NCBI GenBank assembly: GCA_030141605.1
Contig: JAQGDQ010002446.1
Location: 1 to 31,620 of the forward strand
Reading direction: 5' to 3'
Source of the DNA: Tubiluchus corallicola
Taxonomy: Eukaryota; Animalia; Priapulida
Length of the DNA: 31,620 bases
Under the pieces are notes generated by a model. The model was given only the letters and a program-made list of their open reading frames with translations, did not search any database and had not been told where the DNA came from. Of the stretch, positions 19,436 to 27,784 are shown piece by piece. The translations under genes and the position numbers were made by a program. How positions within the stretch are numbered: the stretch's first letter is position 1; each line of letters starts with the position of its first letter.

Positions 19436-22400
19436 ATGAATAAATATTTATTATTTACCATTATTACTTTCGCATTTTTAACAACAGGCAATATACAAAT
19501 AAAAGGAGGACAAAGTCAAGTAAGTATCGATGAAAATGTAATCTCCTTTGAAGAACACAAAGTGCCAAGTAATTGGTCTGTTGATGAGAACGGTCAACTA
19601 TCTATTTCAAAACGACACTACAAACACGGCAAAAGTTCATTAGAATGGCTGTGGGAAGGAACATCTACACTTATTGCTACTGATCTACCCAACCTTACTC
19701 AAGCAGCAAAGGCAAAAAACGGAGGAATTCTTATGTGGATATACAACGAAAAGCCCATAGAGGGTTATCTTACATTTGAGTTCTATAACAAATTAGGCGA
19801 AAAAAAATTCCAATTTCAATACAAAGCCAATTTCAAAGGATGGAGAAATTCTTGGATTAGATTTAGAGAAGATGTGCAATACAAACCTGCTAACTCCAAA
19901 GATGAAATAACTACCCTAAAAATACAAGCTCCAAACACACCAGAAGGAAAAATATATTTAGACCTATGGGAATTTAGCACTCATGTGCAAGGCAACCGTT
20001 CATCAAGTTATCAATTCCAAAGGGGAACACCTGAAAAACACGCTTGGGCTACTTACAAATGGAGTCAATACAAACCCTATTTGCCTCCACTCAAAAGAAT
20101 TACACAACAAGAAATAAATGCCTTCAAAACCATAGAAAACAGACTCGATTTTTGGCTACTTGGAACGGACAAATACAAAAACTCAGAGGCCTACAAAATT
20201 CGTAAAGAAGCACTCAACAGATTTATAGATAGGGGGGTGAAAGAATTTGACAAATACAACATTAAAAGACACCCCGACGGAAATATCACTGGAGTGCCTG
20301 TGTTTGCTCGCAACTCATCTTATCAACCTAAAATATCAGAAGATATATCACAAAAAATGTGTCTTGCTCTTGCCTACGACTATAAGATAAACGGCAATAA
20401 AGAAAGTTTAGACAAAATACTCCTTGTATATGACTACCTCAACGACCAAGGATGGGCAGAAGGTAGTTCTCTTGGGTCGCTAGACCACGAAACCAACCGT
20501 TCTATTGGTTATGTCTTCTCTGTATATACATTGCGCAATGAACTTAAAGAAGCAGGAATTCTTGAAAGAGAAATTGCTTCCATAGACTGGTTTATGAACT
20601 TCAAGCACGCTTTTGTAAAAGAAAAAATAGAAACCACAGCCGATGCTATGAGAAACAAGTATATGGCTTATATATTACGGGTACTAATGATGGAAAACAC
20701 TCCCCAAAAAGTGCAATATATGAGTTGCCTCATCAACTATCTATCCGCAGGCTTGGAAATAGCACAGGGATGGGCTGATGTGATAAAACCAGACTATACA
20801 GGCTATCATCATAGAGGTGTATATGCCAATGGATATTCCCCCAACGCATACCACAATGCTTCTATAGTCAATTATTTACTAAACAACACTCTCTTCTCTT
20901 TAGAAGAGCAATCTATAGAAAACCTTAAAAATGCTTTACGCACGCAGCGCATTATGTCTAACAAGTACCATACTCCTGTAAGTATAGGCGGGCGGCTACA
21001 AAGTCACGACATATTAAATAGAATAATAGCATCTTACGCATATCTTGCATATTCGCAACCTACCATAGACGAAGAAATGGCTGGTATTTTTATGAGATTG
21101 TGGGACCCTAAATCTGATTATTTAAAAGAAATGTTTTCAAAAGCAGGAACAGATATATCTTATTTTCATACATTGGGAGAGATAGAAATAATGATGAACC
21201 TCGCTAATGAAGGTATAGCTCCCGAAAAAGCTCCTAATGGGTTTTGGTCTAAGCCTTTTGCAGGTTTAGCTGTTCATAGGAAAGATGACTGGTTAGTAAC
21301 AGCCAAGGGATGGAGTCAGTATATCTATGATTTTGAATCAGGAGCAAAAGAAAACTTATATGGCAGATATGTAAGTTATGGAAATGTGCAGATACAAAAT
21401 GCTGGTAACCCCATAGACTATATCAGCAATGGATATGCTTTACAGCAAGGATGGGACTGGACAAAATGGCCGGGAACTACAGCCATAGGACAACCCTTAG
21501 AAAATATAGAATGTACCAAAGATGGTGGCGTAAAGCATCGTAATTTTTCGCCCAGCACTTTTCTTGGAGCAACTACTTGTGATGATAAAAATGGAATATG
21601 GTCTATGCAATTGATAGACAACGTATATGAAATAGGGTTTACAGCCAACAAGTCGGTATTTTTCTTTGGCAATGAGGTTATATGCCTTGGTTCGGATATA
21701 GAGAACAACAACGCTCAATATCCCACAGAAACTACCTTGTTTCAAACTTTTATACAAAGCAGGTCAGAGCCTATATATATCAATTCTAACAAGAAACTTT
21801 CAAAATTCCCCTACAAAGAAACTTTGAAAAACAAAAAGAATATTTGGTTAATGGACTCCAAAAACAATGCTTATTTCATTCGAAAAGGACAAACTATTGA
21901 GATAAAACGTCAACATCAATACTCCAAACACCCTAATATAGGGAAAAAATACAAAGGAGGAAATACTACTGCCTCTGAGCAAGAAGACACCGAAGGTGAT
22001 TACGCCATAGCGTGGCTCAACCACGGGAAAACCCCTAAAAAACAAGAATACGAATACACTATTTTAATAAATTCAACACCTGATGAAGTAGAGAAATACA
22101 CTCAAAATATACCCTACAAAGTAATAACTAAAAATAAAACGGCTCATATATTACAACACAACAGCTACAATACTACTGCTTATGCTATATTTGACCCCAA
22201 TAGCTATAAAAGTTTTGGACTGGTAAAGAGTGTTTCGTCTCCAGTATTGATAATGTACAAAGAAGAAGAGAATGATGTTGTGTCGCTTAGCCTTACTGAC
22301 CCTGATTTTAGACGCTCGCACTTAGAAACAACCACCCAAGCCAACAACTTGGAAAATATATTTGAAGAGGGAGCAACAATGCTTGTTACACTTATTTTAA

Positions 22401-22528
22401 AAGGAAAATGGCAAGTAGCCAAAAAACCAGAACAAGTGAAAATGGTGAATGTTACTGACAATCAAACAGCAATAGAAATTAATTGCCATAGCGCAGAAAC
22501 CTATCAGCTGCAACTTAAAAAAATGTAG
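19436..22528 (+). CDS. Chondroitin ABC lyase-type PL8 enzyme, no T9SS domain; paralog of 4078..7377
   Basis: HYKHGKSSLEW, DQGWAEGSSLG, KPDYTGYHH, GWDWTKWPGTT, AWLNHG; collinear with the first lyase but ends before the CTD. Confidence 0.92.
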   Translation: MNKYLLFTIITFAFLTTGNIQIKGGQSQVSIDENVISFEEHKVPSNWSVDENGQLSISKRHYKHGKSSLEWLWEGTSTLIATDLPNLTQAAKAKNGGILMWIYNEKPIEGYLTFEFYNKLGEKKFQFQYKANFKGWRNSWIRFREDVQYKPANSKDEITTLKIQAPNTPEGKIYLDLWEFSTHVQGNRSSSYQFQRGTPEKHAWATYKWSQYKPYLPPLKRITQQEINAFKTIENRLDFWLLGTDKYKNSEAYKIRKEALNRFIDRGVKEFDKYNIKRHPDGNITGVPVFARNSSYQPKISEDISQKMCLALAYDYKINGNKESLDKILLVYDYLNDQGWAEGSSLGSLDHETNRSIGYVFSVYTLRNELKEAGILEREIASIDWFMNFKHAFVKEKIETTADAMRNKYMAYILRVLMMENTPQKVQYMSCLINYLSAGLEIAQGWADVIKPDYTGYHHRGVYANGYSPNAYHNASIVNYLLNNTLFSLEEQSIENLKNALRTQRIMSNKYHTPVSIGGRLQSHDILNRIIASYAYLAYSQPTIDEEMAGIFMRLWDPKSDYLKEMFSKAGTDISYFHTLGEIEIMMNLANEGIAPEKAPNGFWSKPFAGLAVHRKDDWLVTAKGWSQYIYDFESGAKENLYGRYVSYGNVQIQNAGNPIDYISNGYALQQGWDWTKWPGTTAIGQPLENIECTKDGGVKHRNFSPSTFLGATTCDDKNGIWSMQLIDNVYEIGFTANKSVFFFGNEVICLGSDIENNNAQYPTETTLFQTFIQSRSEPIYINSNKKLSKFPYKETLKNKKNIWLMDSKNNAYFIRKGQTIEIKRQHQYSKHPNIGKKYKGGNTTASEQEDTEGDYAIAWLNHGKTPKKQEYEYTILINSTPDEVEKYTQNIPYKVITKNKTAHILQHNSYNTTAYAIFDPNSYKSFGLVKSVSSPVLIMYKEEENDVVSLSLTDPDFRRSHLETTTQANNLENIFEEGATMLVTLILKGKWQVAKKPEQVKMVNVTDNQTAIEINCHSAETYQLQLKKM

Positions 22529-22680
22529 CATCTTCCCATAGTTAGGAGGTTGTTTTATATTGTAGATGCAAACCTATTATTGTTTTGCGTCTACTAAATT
22601 TATTGAAGCAACTACAAATCCTTTCTACAAAAGTGAAATAAAATTCAACAAAACAAAAATAAATAGCTTACTACACTTTA

Positions 22681-22688
22681 TAACTTTG
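22681..22688 (+). promoter_or_regulatory. -7 element (TAACTTTG) for the repeat-lipoprotein/GH88 unit
   Basis: TAnnTTTG, 43 bp upstream of the ATG at 22731. Confidence 0.5.
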
Positions 22689-22730
22689 TGTATATTTATG
22701 TTGTATAGTCTAAATAAACTGTATTCAATT

Positions 22731-25700
22731 ATGAAAAAATATTCTATAATATCAATTGTTTTTACTTTGAGTATTATTCTTATAGCTATTTTCACATATT
22801 GTAAAAAAGAAGAGTTCCTTTCTACTCCTGTAGAAGGAGGAGGAAAACCCCCGCACGGAGGAAGCATAATAATAACTGAAGTTACAGACCTAATTGGAAA
22901 CAGTAGTGAAAAGATACAATATATAGAACTTTTCAATATATATAATAAACCCATCAGCCTACAAAATTGGAAGCTTATTACAGAAGACGACACTACAATA
23001 TTAGACTTTACAATACCTGATAGCAGTTTTGTTATCGTAGCCAGTGAAACCACTGTCGAAAGGTTGAAAGACCCTACAATATTTCCTGACTTAGGTATAG
23101 AAGAAGGTAAAAACCTATTTACAATTACATCCATAGCCCCCCTAAAAGAGTATTCGCTTTTGGACAGATACAACGATATTGTAGATGTATATGGAGGATG
23201 GGACATTACCAACGGAAGAGCGGTAAGAGATTTAGAGACCGAAGAAGGAGATAATAAAGAAAACATTAGTAGTTGGAAATTAATACCTGAAATACCTGCT
23301 ATAGACAATAAAGATACTGCAACGAAATATACTGACCCGCTAGCGTGGAAAGAACCCACATTCCCCCCCAAGGAGCCTATCAATATTATTATTACCGAAA
23401 TAACAGATTTAGACAAATATAGAACAGAGCAAGACAATAATGACTATTTAAGATTTATAGAACTATATAATGCTTCTAAAGATACTGTCAACTTAAATGG
23501 ATGGACACTATATAAACAAAATTTAAAAGATGACGGAAAATCCTTAAATAATATTGTAATCCCTCCTGAATCATTTTATATTATTTCTCAAAATGTGATA
23601 AGCAGCATTACCGATATTTACCCCTTTTTAGTAGAAGGAACAACAGTATATAGAGTAAACAACATTGGAGCAGTTAAAACAGCTATCATAACAGACGAAA
23701 CAGGAACTATTGTAGATATATTTGGTGATGTAACCATCAGTGATGGAGACATCCGAGGTTCTGCTTGGGACATTTTTGATGGAAGAGCAGTAAGAAAGTT
23801 AGATGTAAAACAAGGAACTTCTAATGTATCAGGAAATATTGATGAGTGGCATATTATACCAAATCTGCCAAATATAAACGACAATCCAAATATGGCCGAC
23901 CCATTAGATTGGAAAGAACCACCAGCTCCAAAGCTCAATGTGTTTATAACTGAAGTAACCAACCTAAAAACTAGTGGAGTAGATAATCTAATATATGTAG
24001 AACTACACAACAAAGACACAGAAATTGCAAACTTAACAGAATGGAAATTGAATGTTAATAGCACTGATATAGATTTATCTAACATCTCTATTGGTGGAGA
24101 AGATTTCCATATACTTACAGCAAATAAAACTACTCTTACTGGTATTTATACCGATTTAACTGATGAGGAGAAAAATAAAATAACTGAAAATACTAATATT
24201 ACTGGCAATACATCAATATCCTTAAAAAATGAGCAAGGAAATACAATAGACCAATACAGTAGTGGTGAAAACTGGGATATTACTAATGGCAAGGCTTCTA
24301 GAAAAACCTCAGTAACCGAAGGTAACCCTACTGCCACTGAAGATGAATGGACAATAGCCCAAAACTTAGACGAAGTAGATGACACAAATAAAGATATCCT
24401 TGCTGACCCTTGGAATGGAAAGAATGGACACCGCCAAAAGAACCTGCTAATGTTATCATCACCGAAATAACAGATTTGATAAAAGAAAAAGATGAAAATG
24501 ACAAGAATGATTATTTAAGGTTTATAGAACTATATAATGCTTCCAAAGACACCGAAGCCAATTTAAATGGATGGACACTACATAAACAAAATTTAGAAGA
24601 TAATTCCGAAAAAGGATCCTTAAATAATATTGTAATCCCTCCTGAATCATTTTATATTATTTCCCAAAATGTAATAAGTACTACTATTGGTTTTTACCCT
24701 TCTTTAAAAGAAGGCACAACAATATCTAGAGTAAATAATATTGGGTTACGCAAAACAGCTATTATAACAGATGAAACTGGGGCTGTCGTAGATGTATTTG
24801 GCAATACAGATATCAATAATGGAGAGCTCCATGACTCCGATTGGGACATTACTGATGGAAGAGCAGTAAGAAAGTTAGATGTAAAACAAGGAGCTCGTAG
24901 TGATAAAGGAGATGTTCAAGAATGGCATATTGCATCAAATTTGCCCGAAAGTGTAAACAATAACCCAAATATTGCCGACCCCTTGGAGTGGAAAGAATGG
25001 ATACCACCTGAACCACCAGCTCCAGAGCTCAATGTATTTATAACTGAAGTAACCAACCTAAAAACTAGTGGAGAAGACAATCTAATATATGTAGAACTAC
25101 ACAACAAAGACACAGAAATTGCAAACTTAACAGAATGGAAATTGAATGTTAATAGCACTGATATAGATTTATCTAACATCTCTATTGGTGGAGAAGATTT
25201 CCATATACTTACAGCAAATAAAACTACTCTTACTGGTATTTATACCGATTTAACTGATGAGGAGAAAAATAAAATAACTGAAAATACTAATATTACTGGC
25301 AATACATCAATATCCTTAAAAAATGAGCAAGGAAATACAATAGACCAATACAGTAGTGGTGAAAACTGGGATATTACTAATGGCAAGGCTTCTAGAAAAA
25401 CCTCAGTAACCGAAGGTAACCCTACTGCCACTGAAGATGAATGGACAATAGCCCAAAACTTAGACGAAGTAGATGACACAAATAAAGATATCCTTGCTGA
25501 CCCCTTGGAATGGAAAGAATGGACACCGCCAAAAGAACCTGCTAATGTTATCATCACCGAAATAACAGATTTATTAGATGAAAATCCAACAGTAGATGTA
25601 GGAAAAACTTATATCCGCTATGTTGAACTGCATAACCTCTCTAAGGATACAGAAGCAGATTTAAGTGCATGGAAAATATGTAAAGCAACATTAAATGCAA

Positions 25701-26092
25701 AATTTGTATTAACAGATGTTGTAATTCCCGCTGGAGGTTTTGTTTTGATTACAGTAAGCCATGAAAAAATATTGCACTATTACCCCAACTTAGATGAAAG
25801 CTCAATCTATAATATTAGCGGTAGTGTTGGACTGAAAAAGACAGCTGTCATTTTAGACGAGCAAGACAACATCATAGATATATATGGAGATTTATCTCTG
25901 ACAGGAGGAGGTACAGAAGGAGATTTTAGAAACACTGATTGGGACCTTGCAGGAGGTAGAGCAATAAGGAAAACCTCTGTAACAAAAGGCATTAGCGATT
26001 CTACAGGAATTATAGAAGAATGGATTGTGCAAGACTCATTAGAAGACATAGATGGCAACACAAATATTGCAGACCCATTGGAATGGAAATAG
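22731..26092 (+). CDS. Six-module lamin-tail-domain-like surface lipoprotein, split by a 1-bp frameshift at 24407-24409 (1120 aa if repaired)
   Basis: Start MKKYSII..FTY-C-KKEE; six modules IITE(V/I)T..(Y/F)(I/V)EL.N..L..W..WDI..G(R/K)A.R..DPL.WK; joins ORFs 22566..24470 and 24410..26092; real pseudogene versus sequencing error is unresolved. Confidence 0.8.
23916..24477 (+). repeat. Intragenic direct repeat, copy 1 (562 bp)
   Basis: Matches 25010..25572 except for 4 substitutions near the 5' end and one missing C (read by eye). Confidence 0.95.
25010..25572 (+). repeat. Intragenic direct repeat, copy 2 (563 bp)
   Basis: Offset from copy 1 is 1094 bp before the indel and 1095 bp after it. 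Confidence 0.95.
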
Positions 26093-26120
26093 TTAGGTAT
26101 CTATTAATAACTTTCACACT

Positions 26121-27299
26121 ATGAAACTACAACAACTCACTCTTATAGCTCTTGTATTGTGCTTACAAAATTGCAATCAACCAAACAAAACACCTCAATG
26201 GGTAGAACAAGCCTTACAAGTTAGCCAAACGCAATTAGAAGGGCATTACAACACAGTGATAAAAACAGAACAGATGCCCCGTTCTATTGAAAGAGGCTAC
26301 CGACCTATAAAAGATTGGACAAGTGGCTTTTACCCCGGTCTATTGTGGTATATGCACGAATATACAGGCAATGAGATGTGGAGAGAGAAAGCAGAGAAGG
26401 TTACACCTATTTTGGCTGATGAGCAATACAATACCAACGACCACGATATAGGTTTCAGAATTTATTGTAGTTACGGCAACGGTCTAAGACTGACAGGCAA
26501 CAAGAGCTATGAAAAAGTAGTTGTGCAGGCTGCTAAGTCGCTTTCTACTCGCTACAATCCCACAGTAAAAGCTATACAGTCCTGGAATTCAAAAGCCATA
26601 AAGAGCTGGACCTTCCCTGTAATTATTGACAATATGATGAACCTTGAACTGCTTTTTGCTGCCACCCGTCTTACAGGGGATTCTTCTTACTACAAAATAG
26701 CTGTGCAACATGCTATCACTACTATGAAGAATCAATACTTTGAAGATTATAGCTGTTCTCACGTAGTAGATTATGATACTATTACCGGCAAAAAAATAAA
26801 ACACGACTTCAACAATGGGTATAGCCCCACTTCTGCGTGGAGTCGTGGACAGGCTTGGAGTTTATACGGTTATGTGATGACTTACCGAGAAACAAAACAT
26901 AAAGATTTTCTCACACACGCTGAAAAGGTGGCTAATTTCATCATCAATCATCCGAATATGCCCAATGATTTTATCCCCTATTGGGACTACAAAGCACCAG
27001 AAATACCTACTTTGCGCGATGCTTCGGCGGGGGCTATTACTGTTTCTGCTTTGTTGGAATTGTATAAAATAACTAATAATAAAACCTATTGGAACATAGC
27101 AGAAAAGATACTGAAATCATTGAGTTCGCCGGAATATCTTGCAGAACCTAATACCAACGGAAACTTTATTATAAAACATTGCACAGGTAATTTTAGAAAA
27201 AACTCGGAACTGGACGGCACTCTTATTTATGCTGACTACTACTATATAGAAGCACTATTGAGGTATATCAATCTATTGAAAAAGGTAGAGCTTTTTTAG
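26121..27299 (+). CDS. GH88 unsaturated glucuronyl hydrolase, second copy, probable lipoprotein
   Basis: DWTSGFYPG, DHDIGF, IIDNMMNLELL, WSRGQAW, DASAGAI, YADYYYIE; signal LQN-C. Confidence 0.95.
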   Translation: MKLQQLTLIALVLCLQNCNQPNKTPQWVEQALQVSQTQLEGHYNTVIKTEQMPRSIERGYRPIKDWTSGFYPGLLWYMHEYTGNEMWREKAEKVTPILADEQYNTNDHDIGFRIYCSYGNGLRLTGNKSYEKVVVQAAKSLSTRYNPTVKAIQSWNSKAIKSWTFPVIIDNMMNLELLFAATRLTGDSSYYKIAVQHAITTMKNQYFEDYSCSHVVDYDTITGKKIKHDFNNGYSPTSAWSRGQAWSLYGYVMTYRETKHKDFLTHAEKVANFIINHPNMPNDFIPYWDYKAPEIPTLRDASAGAITVSALLELYKITNNKTYWNIAEKILKSLSSPEYLAEPNTNGNFIIKHCTGNFRKNSELDGTLIYADYYYIEALLRYINLLKKVELF

Positions 27300-27304
27300 G
27301 TAAC

Positions 27305-27605
27305 GAGATGCAACTTTAATTTTTGGCATAAAAATTTATGAAGTTTAGATTTCTTTAAACTTGCGAATTTTTTAGCTGTAGGAAGATAAAAAGCAGCTAT
27401 AAATTCTAAGTTGTTTTAACGGTTTAAAAATAAAGGTAAACTGTTAAAACGATTATGATAGTAAGACCATTTTATCCCTACGATTAAAAGTTGCAGACTA
27501 AACCTAAAAATAAGGAGTTAAAATTGTATATCGTTATTCTTTTTACTATCTAATACTGATAAACTTGGTGATAAATTACTGAATTGCAAGAATTTGTTGC
27601 ATCTC
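27305..27605. repeat. 301-bp intergenic segment bounded by a perfect 10-bp inverted repeat, with internal hairpins (MITE/REP-like candidate)
   Basis: GAGATGCAAC at 27305-27314 and GTTGCATCTC at 27596-27605; no clear target-site duplication. Confidence 0.35.
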
Positions 27606-27728
27606 TTTTTTATTTAGCAAGACACTTATATAGTTGCCAAGTCAAAGAAGGTAGGGGTGAAAATGTGAGGCAAATTAGGGTAAATTTAAAAAAATACTTA
27701 TATTTTATTTTTAGTAAAAAAATTTATG

Positions 27729-27736
27729 TAAATTTG
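27729..27736 (+). promoter_or_regulatory. -7 element (TAAATTTG) of the sulfatase gene
   Basis: TAnnTTTG, about 49 bp upstream of the ATG at 27785. Confidence 0.5.
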
Positions 27737-27784
27737 CTAATTAGTCTTTAAGATTAATTATCTATATAGCATTATTTAAACCCA

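Noticed and set aside
22566-22730. N-terminal extension of ORF 22566..24470
   Set aside because: The lipoprotein signal begins at ATG 22731, and a -7 promoter lies inside the extension
22625-23437. 270-aa antisense ORF, and the other short antisense ORFs across the window
   Set aside because: They shadow well-supported genes, have Ser/Ile/Phe-rich antisense composition and show no motifs
23916-25572. Repeat pair as a DGR template/variable repeat, IS ends or CRISPR
   Set aside because: Both copies are coding, the few differences are not confined to adenines of one template, and there is no reverse transcriptase, transposase or spacer structure
24410-26092. Independent 560-aa gene
   Set aside because: It starts mid-motif (LEWKE) exactly at the indel and has no signal peptide; it is the continuation of the upstream gene
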